Shown: positions 16,154 through 24,000 of the stretch, in pieces | Layout of the letters: each line of letters starts with the position of its first letter | Numbering within the stretch: the first letter of the stretch is position 1 | DNA from: Candidatus Geothermarchaeota archaeon | Lineage (GTDB): Archaea > Thermoproteota > Nitrososphaeria > Geothermarchaeales > JDFR-13 | Direction: 5' to 3' | Length of the DNA: 24,000 bases | Assembly: GCA_015523605.1 (NCBI GenBank) | Contig: WAKC01000009.1 | Location: forward strand, 12,335 to 36,334 | Made by a program: the position numbers and the translations under genes | The notes under the pieces: model-generated | What the model saw: the letters and a program-made list of their open reading frames with translations, nothing else | Databases searched by the model: none | Told to the model about the DNA's origin: nothing

Positions 16154-16331
16154 AGAGAAAAGCAATGAAGAATTGATCGAGATACTTAATGAGTTGGAGG
16201 CCGAGCTTTTCAACATCAGAAAGACTATAAAATCTGGCGGTCAAGTGGATAAGCCGGGTAGGGTTAGGCATATAAGAAAGATGAGGGCCAGGATACTTAC
16301 GATTCTTAGAGAGAGGGGTATAAAGCTATGA
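16122..16331 (+). CDS. rpl29: 50S ribosomal protein L29 (uL29)
   Basis: 69 aa; LREKSNEELIEILNELEAELFNIR...GRVRHIRKMRARILTILRE; overlaps the uS3 3' end. Confidence 0.95.
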   Translation: MSRLRKVQELREKSNEELIEILNELEAELFNIRKTIKSGGQVDKPGRVRHIRKMRARILTILRERGIKL

Positions 16332-16600
16332 AGAAACATACTAAGAATCTCTTTGTTAATCTAATCGGTAGAAGGGTTGAGGTTATATCTCATTCAAACA
16401 ACTCATTTAAGGGGTTTTCAGGTATCGTTCTTTTTGAATCTGAAAACATGCTCGAAGTAAAACGTGACGATGGCAAAATCGTTAAAATTCCGAAGGATGA
16501 TATTATATTGAAAGTCTTTTATAATGGGGAGGAGAAGTATAAGATATTTTCGTATAGAGATATTAAAGGTAGTATTATTAGGAGGTTGGGTAAAATATGA
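16328..16600 (+). CDS. rnp1: ribonuclease P protein component 1 (Rpp29/Pop4)
   Basis: 90 aa; NLIGRRVEVISHSNNSFKGFSGIVLFESENMLEVKRDDGKIVKIPKDD at the conserved uL29-Rnp1-uS17 position. Confidence 0.92.
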   Translation: MKKHTKNLFVNLIGRRVEVISHSNNSFKGFSGIVLFESENMLEVKRDDGKIVKIPKDDIILKVFYNGEEKYKIFSYRDIKGSIIRRLGKI

Positions 16601-16944
16601 GTAGGAAGAATAAAGTTAGAGATCCCGGCTTAGGATTTCCATTACCCGAAAAGTCATGTGATGATCCAAATTGTCCATTCCATGGGCATCTTAAGGTTAG
16701 GGGTATCCTGATCGAGGGTAAACTGGTTAGTAAGAAGATGTCAAAAGCTGGAGTCTTGATGAGGGAGTATCTCCATTATGTTAAGAAATATAAAAGATAT
16801 GAGAGACGGAGAAGTAGAATCAGTGTTTATATCCCTCCATGTATAGATGTTTCGGAAGGTGATGTAGTCGTGGCTGGTGAATGTAGGCCAATTAGTAAAA
16901 CAATTTCTTTTGTGGTTGTTTATAATAAGTCTAGAGGTGGTTAG
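16597..16944 (+). CDS. rps17: 30S ribosomal protein S17 (uS17)
   Basis: 115 aa; CDDPNCPFHGHLKVRGILIEGKLVSKKM...GDVVVAGECRPISKTISFVVV. Confidence 0.97.
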   Translation: MSRKNKVRDPGLGFPLPEKSCDDPNCPFHGHLKVRGILIEGKLVSKKMSKAGVLMREYLHYVKKYKRYERRRSRISVYIPPCIDVSEGDVVVAGECRPISKTISFVVVYNKSRGG

Positions 16945-16946
16945 AG

Positions 16947-17369
16947 ATGGGAAAGAGAATATTATCAGGTGTATTGGTTAGGAGACAAAAGATTACACGT
17001 GCCGTTCCAGTGGGTAGCATCGTTAACTGTGCTGATAATAGTGGCGCTAAAAAACTTAAGGTTATCCAGGTTGTTGGTTATAAGGGTAGGTTGAAGAGGC
17101 GACCAGCCGCCTGTGTGGGTGACCACATAAAGGTAAGCGTGTATTCTGGACCATATAGGCTTAGGAAACAGGTTTTAGATGCCGTCCTTGTCAGGCAGAA
17201 ATTCCCGATTAGGAGGCCTGATGGGACAAGAGTGATGTTTGAAGATAATGCCGCGGTTCTGATCACTCCTGAGGGTAATCCGATGGGGACTGAAATTAAA
17301 GGGCCTATTGCTAAGGAGGCTGCGGATCTATGGTCTAGAATAGCCAGTATGGCTACATTGATAATATAG
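16947..17369 (+). CDS. rpl14: 50S ribosomal protein L14 (uL14)
   Basis: 140 aa; VPVGSIVNCADNSGAKKLKVIQVVGYKG...EDNAAVLITPEGNPMGTEIKGPIAKE. Confidence 0.98.
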   Translation: MGKRILSGVLVRRQKITRAVPVGSIVNCADNSGAKKLKVIQVVGYKGRLKRRPAACVGDHIKVSVYSGPYRLRKQVLDAVLVRQKFPIRRPDGTRVMFEDNAAVLITPEGNPMGTEIKGPIAKEAADLWSRIASMATLII

Positions 17370-17377
17370 AGTGGTGG

Positions 17378-17761
17378 GTGGATATGGTGAAGACTAAGAG
17401 TAAGAAGCCCTCTAAACAGAGGAAGCGTTTCTTTAACGCTCCTCTACATAGGAGAAGTAAGATTATGTCTGTCCATCTATCTAGAGAGTTAAGAGAGAAG
17501 TATGGAAGACGTGCTATTCCGATACGTGTCGGTGATACTGTGCGTGTATTGAGGGGTGATCATAAGGATACTGAGGGTAAGGTTATCAGAGTCGATAGGA
17601 AGAAGTATAGAGTTTACATTGAAAATATTTATAGGGAGAATAGTAGAGGGGATAGAGTATACATCCCCATCCATTATTCAAACCTTATGATAGTTGATTT
17701 AGATTTATCGGATGAATGGAGGCGTCGTAAGTTAGAAGGTTCTGAGGAGGGTGGTAGTTAA
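17378..17761 (+). CDS. rpl24: 50S ribosomal protein L24 (uL24)
   Basis: 127 aa; HRRSKIMSVHLSRELREKYGRRAIPIRVGDTVRVLRGDHKDTEGKV. The start may be ATG 17384. Confidence 0.97.
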   Translation: MDMVKTKSKKPSKQRKRFFNAPLHRRSKIMSVHLSRELREKYGRRAIPIRVGDTVRVLRGDHKDTEGKVIRVDRKKYRVYIENIYRENSRGDRVYIPIHYSNLMIVDLDLSDEWRRRKLEGSEEGGS

Positions 17762-18503
17762 AATGGCGAGGAAAGGTGGTAGGACAAGGCTTAAGAGGTT
17801 GGCGGCGCCGATAACATATAGAGTACCTAGAAAGACTGGTAAATGGGTTATCAAGGCTAGTCCAGGCCCCCATCCAAGTTGGAGATCTATACCTATCGGT
17901 GTACTCTTGAGAGATGTTCTAGGTATCGCGAAAACATTACGTGAAGTTAAATATATGTTGAGGAAGGGATATGTACTTGTCGATGCTAGGCCTATAACAA
18001 CTTATAAGTTTCCAGTCGGATTGATGGATGTAATCGAGTTGACGCCTACTAATGAGGTATATCGGGTTCTACCAGCTAAGAAACACCTGATATATCCTTA
18101 TAAGATTGAGGATGGAGGAGATAAGAATATTAAGCCTTTGAGGATTGAGCGGAAGACGATGATTAAAGGTGGGATACTACAATTTACTACTCATGACGGT
18201 AGGAACTTCTTGTTTAAACCTGATGATGAACTTTCTAAGTTGAAACCCGGTGATACTCTTGTATACGACTTAGTTGAAAAGAAGGTCATTGATTCTATAC
18301 GTCTGGAGGAGAATGTGCTTGCATTGATCACAGGTGGTAGTAAGATAGCCACGATAGGTAAGGTCTTGGAGATTAGAAAGCCGGATCCTCTCAAGCCACG
18401 GCTAGTACGTCTACATACGGATGTATATGGCGAATTCGAGACGATCTTTGATTACGTATTTCCGATAGGTAGAGAAGAGTCTGTTATTAAGCTTTATCAT
18501 TAG
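17751..18503 (+). CDS. rps4e: 30S ribosomal protein S4e (eS4)
   Basis: 250 aa; RTRLKRLAAPITYRVPRKTGKWVIKASPGPHP...RKGYVLVDARPITTYKFPVGLMDVI. The start may be the ATG at 17763 or 17751. Confidence 0.97.
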   Translation: MVVKMARKGGRTRLKRLAAPITYRVPRKTGKWVIKASPGPHPSWRSIPIGVLLRDVLGIAKTLREVKYMLRKGYVLVDARPITTYKFPVGLMDVIELTPTNEVYRVLPAKKHLIYPYKIEDGGDKNIKPLRIERKTMIKGGILQFTTHDGRNFLFKPDDELSKLKPGDTLVYDLVEKKVIDSIRLEENVLALITGGSKIATIGKVLEIRKPDPLKPRLVRLHTDVYGEFETIFDYVFPIGREESVIKLYH

Positions 18504-18578
18504 CTTCTAAGATTAATAATTAAATATTTTAACCCGAATACCTATGAAATAGTAGTGTAGTGGTGGGTGTATATAATA

Positions 18579-19109
18579 ATGTCTGAAGAAACCACTTTAC
18601 AAGACAAGTTGATAGAATCGATAAGGATAGAAAAGGTAGTTGTCCATATCTCTGTAGGAAGTGATTGGGAGAGGCTTCAGAAGGCGGTGAAACTTCTCGA
18701 ATATCTAACTGGTCAGAAGCCTGTTATTAGGAGGGCTAAGAAGACGATAAAGGCTTTTGGAATTAGTAGGAAACAGCCGATATCAACGATGGTTACTCTC
18801 AGGGGGGAACGTGCTGTAGAGTTTTTGAAGAGGGCTCTTCAGGCTGTTGATATGAAGCTTAAGAGTAGCTCGTTTGATGAACTAGGAAATATCTCATTTG
18901 GTATTAAGGAACATCTTATGATACCGGGAGTGAAGTATGACCCTAATATAGGTGTTTTTGGTATGGATGTGAATGTCCATCTAGTTAAACCGGGATATCG
19001 TGTTAAGCTTAGGAGGTATCGTAGAAGTAAACTTGGTAAGAAGAATCTCGTAACGAAAGATGAGGCTATTGAGTTTATGAGGCGTAGGTTTAATGTGGAG
19101 GTGGTGTGA
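18579..19109 (+). CDS. rpl5: 50S ribosomal protein L5 (uL5)
   Basis: ORF 18567-19109, likely ATG 18579 after GTGGTGGGTG; [38 protein letters not shown]. Confidence 0.96.
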   Translation: MSEETTLQDKLIESIRIEKVVVHISVGSDWERLQKAVKLLEYLTGQKPVIRRAKKTIKAFGISRKQPISTMVTLRGERAVEFLKRALQAVDMKLKSSSFDELGNISFGIKEHLMIPGVKYDPNIGVFGMDVNVHLVKPGYRVKLRRYRRSKLGKKNLVTKDEAIEFMRRRFNVEVV

Positions 19110-19267
19110 TGGGGGTTAAGGATATGGTTCGACGTGTGGGTAAGGGTAGTAGGCGGTGTATGCGCTGTGGCACTCATGTTGCTGTAATACAGAAGTATGA
19201 TCTTATGCTCTGTAGACGTTGTTTTCGTGAGGTAGCCCCTAAGATGGGGTTTAAAAAGTATATGTGA
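19109..19267 (+). CDS. rps14: 30S ribosomal protein S14 (uS14), zinc-binding
   Basis: Not in ORF track (52 aa). Translation: [52 protein letters not shown]; ATG overlaps the uL5 TGA by one base; conserved uL5-uS14-uS8 position. Confidence 0.97.
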   Translation: MGVKDMVRRVGKGSRRCMRCGTHVAVIQKYDLMLCRRCFREVAPKMGFKKYM

Positions 19268-19278
19268 GGTGGTTATGG

Positions 19279-19671
19279 ATGGTGCAGATAGACATTATAA
19301 GTAATATGATGTCGGCTATTAGAAATGCTGAAGCTGTTAGAAAGAAGGAGGTTGTAATATACCCATCTTCAAAATTTGCTATAGAGATTTTGAAGCTCTT
19401 GAAGAGGGAGGGTTATATCGAGGATTTCCAGGTTATTAATGATGGGCGTGGAAATAAACTCCGTATAATATTGAATGGATCGATAAATGATTGTAAAGCT
19501 ATTAAGCCTAGATTCCCGGTAAATAAGAATAATTTGACTGAATATGTTAAGCAGTATCTCCCTTCTCGTGAAATAGGAATTTTAATTATATCTACATCTA
19601 AAGGTGTTAAGACTCACAGAGAGTGTCTTGAAGAGAATGTTGGTGGAGTGTTAGTTGCATATGTATATTGA
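19279..19671 (+). CDS. rps8: 30S ribosomal protein S8 (uS8)
   Basis: ORF from 19264, likely ATG 19279 after GAGGTGG; DIISNMMSAIRNAEAVRKKEVVIYPSSKFAIEILKLLKREGYI. Confidence 0.96.
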   Translation: MVQIDIISNMMSAIRNAEAVRKKEVVIYPSSKFAIEILKLLKREGYIEDFQVINDGRGNKLRIILNGSINDCKAIKPRFPVNKNNLTEYVKQYLPSREIGILIISTSKGVKTHRECLEENVGGVLVAYVY

Positions 19672-19682
19672 AGGTGGTTGAT

Positions 19683-20243
19683 ATGGCTGTAAGGATTCAT
19701 GTGGATGAGGTTGAGATTCCGGAAGGGATAGATGTAGAAATTATCGATAACCGTATTGTTAAAGTATCTGGCCCGAAAGGGACTGTGGAGAAGAGTTTTG
19801 TTAAGGCACCTGTATATTTATCGAAAGAGGATGGTAAGATAAAGATTGAAGTTAGGTGGAAAGGTAGGCGTGGCTATGCCCTGTTAAACACTATAAAGGG
19901 GCATCTTAAGAATATGTTTACAGGCGTTACAAAGGGTTATGTATATAAGCTAAAGGCATATTACATACACTTCCCGATGGATGTATATGTAGAAGGGGAC
20001 TACCTAATTATTAAGAATTTTGTTGGTGAGAGGGGAGTTAGAAAGGCTAAGATCATAGAGGGAGTTAAAGTTGATGTGGTTAAGAAGGGTGGTGATATAG
20101 ACATTATCGTAACAGGGATTGATAAGGAGGCTGTAGGGCAGACTGCGGCTAATATCATGAATGCTACGAAGGTTAAGAGTAAGGACCCACGTGTATTTCT
20201 AGACGGTATATATCTATATGATAAAGGTGTTGGAAATGGTTAA
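19683..20243 (+). CDS. rpl6: 50S ribosomal protein L6 (uL6)
   Basis: ORF from 19668, likely ATG 19683; VEIPEGIDVEIIDNRIVKVSGPKGTVEKSF...NFVGERGVRKAKI. Confidence 0.96.
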   Translation: MAVRIHVDEVEIPEGIDVEIIDNRIVKVSGPKGTVEKSFVKAPVYLSKEDGKIKIEVRWKGRRGYALLNTIKGHLKNMFTGVTKGYVYKLKAYYIHFPMDVYVEGDYLIIKNFVGERGVRKAKIIEGVKVDVVKKGGDIDIIVTGIDKEAVGQTAANIMNATKVKSKDPRVFLDGIYLYDKGVGNG

Positions 20244-20640
20244 GAAGAAGCCTAAGCTTTCAGAGGAGGAGATTAGACTACTTAAGCTTAGGGAGGAGAT
20301 GAATCGTAGGAGACCAGAATTTATTAGACAGGAGAGTTGGAGGTATGTACGTGTTAAGGAGAGTTGGAGAAGACCAAGGGGTATCGACAGTAAAATGCGT
20401 CTAAAGAAGAAGGGTAAGCCTCCGCTTGTGTCTATTGGGTATAGGAATCCAAGGCTTGTTAGGGGGCTTCATCCTACAGGCTTTAGAGAGGTTATAGTCT
20501 ATAATGTCAAGGATCTTGAGAAGGTCGACCCTGATAAGGAGGCTATCCGTATAGCAGGATCTGTAGGCAGGCGTAAAAGGATTGAAATAATTGAAAAGGC
20601 TGATGAGTTAGGTATAGTTGTGTTGAATCGGAGGTTATAG
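20236..20640 (+). CDS. rpl32e: 50S ribosomal protein L32e (eL32)
   Basis: ORF from 20218, likely ATG 20236; RRRPEFIRQESWRYVRVKESWRRPRGIDSKMRLKKKGKPPLVSIGYRNPRLVRGLHPTG. Confidence 0.97.
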   Translation: MVKKKPKLSEEEIRLLKLREEMNRRRPEFIRQESWRYVRVKESWRRPRGIDSKMRLKKKGKPPLVSIGYRNPRLVRGLHPTGFREVIVYNVKDLEKVDPDKEAIRIAGSVGRRKRIEIIEKADELGIVVLNRRL

Positions 20641-20642
20641 AG

Positions 20643-21062
20643 ATGGTGAATGTAAAGAATAAGAGGAGGTTGATAGCTAGATATTTAGGGGTTGGTGTTG
20701 ATAGGGTATGGATCGACCCTGAGGCTGTAGATGAAGTTATGGATGTAGATACGAGAGAAGATGTACTAATCCTCCTTAGAAGGGGGGTTGTAAAGGTTAA
20801 GAAGGTTAAGGGCCAGAAGCATGAGGTTAGAAAGAAGAAGAGGGGTCCAGGAAGTAGAAAAGGCCCTAAAACCAGTAGAATGTCTAAGAAGGAGAGGTGG
20901 ATGCAGAGAGTTAGAGCTCAGAGGAAGCTACTTAGATATTTAAGGGATAAGGGGTTGATAACTAGGAAGCAATATAGAGTCTTGTATATGCGTGTAAAGG
21001 GTGGGATGTTTAGGAGTAAGGCCCACCTTCTAGACTATATTAAAGAGAATATATGGAGGTAG
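20643..21062 (+). CDS. rpl19e: 50S ribosomal protein L19e (eL19)
   Basis: 139 aa; NKRRLIARYLGVGVDRVWIDPEAVDEV...HEVRKKKRGPGSRKGPK. Confidence 0.97.
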   Translation: MVNVKNKRRLIARYLGVGVDRVWIDPEAVDEVMDVDTREDVLILLRRGVVKVKKVKGQKHEVRKKKRGPGSRKGPKTSRMSKKERWMQRVRAQRKLLRYLRDKGLITRKQYRVLYMRVKGGMFRSKAHLLDYIKENIWR

Positions 21063-21068
21063 ATTGAT

Positions 21069-21674
21069 ATGGCTAAGGGACCTAAATATGTAGTTAAATT
21101 TAGGAGGCTTAGGGAGAGGAGGACAAATTACAAGCTTAGATATAAATTGCTGAAGAGTGGGAAGCCATTATTTACGGTGAGGCGTTCACTCAGATATGTA
21201 TATGTCTCGATATCTAGACCTAAAATCGGTGGTGATGAGACCATATTAACCGTAAGTTCAAAGATACTGTCTAAATACAACTTTTATGGTCTTAAAAATA
21301 CTTCTGCAGCTTATCTCACAGGATATATTGCCGGTAGGCTGGCTCTCCAAAAGGGGATTGATGAGGCTATTGTAAATCTCGGTTATGCATGGACGAAGAA
21401 GGCCTCCATTCCATTTGCTGCAGCCATGGGTGCTAGAGATGCAGGTCTTAATGTTCCACTAGGAGAGGAGAAAGAGGTAGATTTTTCAAGGATTAGAGGT
21501 GAGCATATTGCCGAATATGCAAAGCTCCTAAAAGAGAGCGATCCAGAGTTATATAAACGTAGGTTTTCAAAATATATTGAGAAGGGGATTGACCCTGAAA
21601 AATTGCCGGAATTGTTTGATAAAGTATTAGAAGATATTAAAAAGGATTATGGAGGTGTAGAGGATGGCGAATAG
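21069..21674 (+). CDS. rpl18: 50S ribosomal protein L18 (uL18)
   Basis: 201 aa; YVVKFRRLRERRTNYKLRYKLLKSGKPLFTVRRS...AAYLTGYIAGRLA. Confidence 0.97.
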   Translation: MAKGPKYVVKFRRLRERRTNYKLRYKLLKSGKPLFTVRRSLRYVYVSISRPKIGGDETILTVSSKILSKYNFYGLKNTSAAYLTGYIAGRLALQKGIDEAIVNLGYAWTKKASIPFAAAMGARDAGLNVPLGEEKEVDFSRIRGEHIAEYAKLLKESDPELYKRRFSKYIEKGIDPEKLPELFDKVLEDIKKDYGGVEDGE

Positions 21675-22302
21675 AGTCGAACCACCCCCTGAAGATTGGG
21701 TTCCAAAGACTAAACTTGGGATGATGGTTAAGCAAGGATTAATCTTTTCATATGCAGATATACTTAAAAACAATTATGTTGTTAAGGAACCCGAGATTGT
21801 TAAGGCACTCGTACCTAATCTAGAATATGAGGTTTTGGAGGTTAGACTAGTTCAGAAGATGACCGATTCTGGTAGAAGGACAAAATTTAGAGCATTGGTT
21901 GTGGTTGGTAATAGGGATGGCTTAATCGGTGTAGGCACTGGTAAGGCTAAGGAGGTTCCCAGCGCTATAAACAAGGCGTTGAATAATGCACTTCTAAACT
22001 TGGCTCCTGTTAAGAGGGGATGTGGTAGTTGGGAGTGTGGATGTGGTACAAACCATTCGATAGCCCATGTTTCCAAGGGTTCATGGGGCAGTGTAGAAGT
22101 AACTCTAAAACCTGGTCCAAGGGGGTTGGGTATAGTGGCTGGTGAAACGGCTAAGAAGGTGATTGAACTTGCAGGTGTGGAGGATGTATGGGCTATAGCG
22201 TTTGGCGAGACTAGGACACCTATATCTTTTGCGATGGCTACCTATGATGCCCTAAGGAATACATATTCCCTAGTGTATAAAGAGAAGAAAGAGGGTGTTT
22301 AA
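21664..22302 (+). CDS. rps5: 30S ribosomal protein S5 (uS5)
   Basis: 212 aa; SGRRTKFRALVVVGNRDGLIGVGTGKAKEVPSAINKALNNALLNLAPVKRGCGSWECGC. Confidence 0.98.
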   Translation: MANRVEPPPEDWVPKTKLGMMVKQGLIFSYADILKNNYVVKEPEIVKALVPNLEYEVLEVRLVQKMTDSGRRTKFRALVVVGNRDGLIGVGTGKAKEVPSAINKALNNALLNLAPVKRGCGSWECGCGTNHSIAHVSKGSWGSVEVTLKPGPRGLGIVAGETAKKVIELAGVEDVWAIAFGETRTPISFAMATYDALRNTYSLVYKEKKEGV

Positions 22303-22305
22303 TAG

Positions 22306-22794
22306 ATGAGTGAGAATGTGGTGATGGATATGACCTGCTATCTAGTTGTTAGGATAAGGGGGATTCCAGATGTTAGGTATGATATAAGGGAGACTTTAAA
22401 GAGACTCCATCTTGTTAGAAAGTTTCATGCTACAATAGTTCCAGATACTCCAGAATATAGGGGGATGCTCAAAAAGGTTGAGAATTTCGTTATGTATGGA
22501 CCCATTGATAAAGATTTACTGAGAGAGTTGATCCTTAAGAGAGGTAGGTTAGTGGGTAACAAGCCTGTTACACCGGAGTATCTGGAGGAGGTTACGGGAG
22601 TCGGTTTTGATGAACTGTTGGATAAGATATTGTCTGGAGAGATTAGGTTGAAGGATATAAAGGGGCTTAAGCCGGTTTTTCGTCTCCATCCCCCTCGAGG
22701 AGGATTTAAAAAGTCTATTAAGAAGCATGTGAGGGATGGAGGGGAGCTGGGGTATAGAGAAGATATAGCTTCAGTAGTGTCTAGAATGCTTTAG
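22306..22794 (+). CDS. rpl30: 50S ribosomal protein L30 (uL30)
   Basis: 162 aa; TCYLVVRIRGIPDVRYDIRETLKRLHLVRKFHATIVPDTPEYRGMLKKVENFV. Confidence 0.97.
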   Translation: MSENVVMDMTCYLVVRIRGIPDVRYDIRETLKRLHLVRKFHATIVPDTPEYRGMLKKVENFVMYGPIDKDLLRELILKRGRLVGNKPVTPEYLEEVTGVGFDELLDKILSGEIRLKDIKGLKPVFRLHPPRGGFKKSIKKHVRDGGELGYREDIASVVSRML

Positions 22795-22900
22795 ATTTTA
22801 GTAGTGTAATATTGACTTGGTATATCTGGCAAATCAAATTTTTATTTTATAAACAGATTATGAATTTATACAATTAGTAATCTTACATGGGTGGTAGACA

Positions 22901-23308
22901 GTGCCTCATAGACTTAGAAAGACGAGATGGCATAGGGGGAGTAGAACCCATGGATATGGTAGAGTAGGGCAACATAGGAAGTCTGGAGATAGAGGTGGAT
23001 ATGGTCTGGCAGGCCTTAGAAAGCATAAACGTTTTCATATGATGAAGTATATGCCAGACCATTTCGGTAAACATGGGTTTGTGTCTAGGTTTAGAAGGAA
23101 GAAGGCTATTTCAGTTTCTGACTTGGAGCAGTTTGTAAATAGGGGCATAACTAAGATAAATCTTGTAGAGCTTGGCTATGATAAGCTCGTCTCTAAAGGT
23201 GTTATAAATGTCCCTGTGGAAGTGATTACTAAGGAGGCGACGGAAAAGGCTATTGAGAAGATTGAGAGTGTAGGTGGAAAGGTTATTATAGTTGAAGAGG
23301 GGTCGTAG
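22901..23308 (+). CDS. rpl15: 50S ribosomal protein L15 (uL15)
   Basis: 135 aa from GTG; HRLRKTRWHRGSRTHGYGRVGQHRKSGDRGGYGLAGLRKHK. Confidence 0.96.
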   Translation: MPHRLRKTRWHRGSRTHGYGRVGQHRKSGDRGGYGLAGLRKHKRFHMMKYMPDHFGKHGFVSRFRRKKAISVSDLEQFVNRGITKINLVELGYDKLVSKGVINVPVEVITKEATEKAIEKIESVGGKVIIVEEGS

Positions 23309-23309
23309 G

Positions 23310-24000
23310 TTGAGCCCTGCAAAAGAATTTTTTAGAAAGATTGGCACGATCCTTCCTGAGATAAAAAAGCCTGATAAAAAGGTTCCTCTTAGAAATAGAT
23401 TGATTTGGTCTCTCGTAATTCTTATTTTGTATTTTGTTATGGGTGGTATCCCCTTATATGGTGTATCAACCTCTCCAACAGATCCCTTCGCAACTTTTAG
23501 AATTATATTTGCATCGTCTACTGGAACTCTTCTCGAGCTTGGTATAGGCCCGATTGTTACTGCTGGGCTGATAATGCAACTCCTTAAGGGTGCTGAGATA
23601 ATTAAATTTGATTTTACTGATCCTGAGGAGAGGGCTGTCTTTACAGCTGCTACCAAGTTCTTAACGATTATCGTCACCGTTATACAGGCCACCGCACTGG
23701 TTCTTAGTAATTATTTAAGATTTATCGAAGCTAGTATAAGCGTAGTCGTAATAACATATCTCCAGCTAGTCATAGCCACTATAATAGTTATGTTGATGGA
23801 TGAGTTGATTCAGAAGGGGTGGGGTATAGGCAGTGGAATAAGTCTTTTTATAGCAGCAGGTGTAGCTAAAACGATATTCATAAGTCTATTCAGCCCAGTT
23901 ATGATACAGTTTGATAATGTTGCTGAACCCTTTGGACTCGTGCCCCTTTTCTTCTCAAAGTTGTTTACTGGTGATTTCTCTAGAGTGCTTATCCGTGAGG
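23310..24000 (+). CDS. secY: preprotein translocase subunit SecY, partial (runs off the window)
   Basis: Not in ORF track. Manual translation from TTG 23310: LSPAKEFFRKIGTILPEIKKPDKKVPLRNRLIWSLVILILYFVMGGIPLYG...FRIIFASSTGTLLELGIGPIVTAGLIMQLLKGAEIIKFDFTDPEERAVFTAATKFL; conserved uL15-SecY order. Confidence 0.96.
   Translation, partial: MSPAKEFFRKIGTILPEIKKPDKKVPLRNRLIWSLVILILYFVMGGIPLYGVSTSPTDPFATFRIIFASSTGTLLELGIGPIVTAGLIMQLLKGAEIIKFDFTDPEERAVFTAATKFLTIIVTVIQATALVLSNYLRFIEASISVVVITYLQLVIATIIVMLMDELIQKGWGIGSGISLFIAAGVAKTIFISLFSPVMIQFDNVAEPFGLVPLFFSKLFTGDFSRVLIRE

Noticed and set aside
15740-23692. Minus-strand ORFs across the ribosomal cluster and secY, including 193 aa at 23111-23692
   Set aside because: They are antisense to highly conserved ribosomal proteins and SecY, with no motifs. 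Their length reflects codon composition.
1-24000. Search for CRISPR arrays, toxin-antitoxin modules, restriction systems, transposases, integrases or phage genes
   Set aside because: No regularly spaced direct repeats and no recognisable mobile or defence proteins. All sizeable ORFs are housekeeping or small unknowns.

Overview
This 24 kb window is core archaeal (TACK/Thermoproteota-like) housekeeping sequence. I saw no CRISPR array, transposon, phage or obvious defence system. In order: partial truD and pth2 (-); a geranylgeranyl-reductase-like flavoprotein, a Zn-ribbon protein, aEF-1B, Cdc48/VAT, a small unknown ORF and FEN1 (+); tRNA-Gly(GCC); a Zn-ribbon membrane protein (-); tRNA-Pro(TGG); an unknown ORF and a NOL1/NOP2/Sun-type RNA methyltransferase (-); an intron-rich tRNA-Trp(CCA); a three-gene Rieske / cytochrome b / membrane-anchored cupredoxin operon; tRNA-Pro(CGG) (-); aNAC (-); MBF1, HflX, Trm56 and TFE; then a ribosomal-protein operon from uL22 to partial SecY. 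The ORF track omitted three genes that I read directly: truD (1-631, -), uS14 (19109-19267, 52 aa) and secY (23310-24000, partial). The most interesting items are: (1) tRNA-Trp with three apparent introns (15, 15 and 42 nt), whose bulge-helix-bulge folds overlap and compete, implying ordered splicing; (2) two tRNA-Pro genes identical except for the wobble base, forming a ~75-80 bp inverted repeat around the tRNA-Trp/respiratory block; (3) a compact complex III-like operon with a fused 3-TM cupredoxin; (4) a ribosomal operon that starts at uL22. I did not find a clearly novel multi-gene system.
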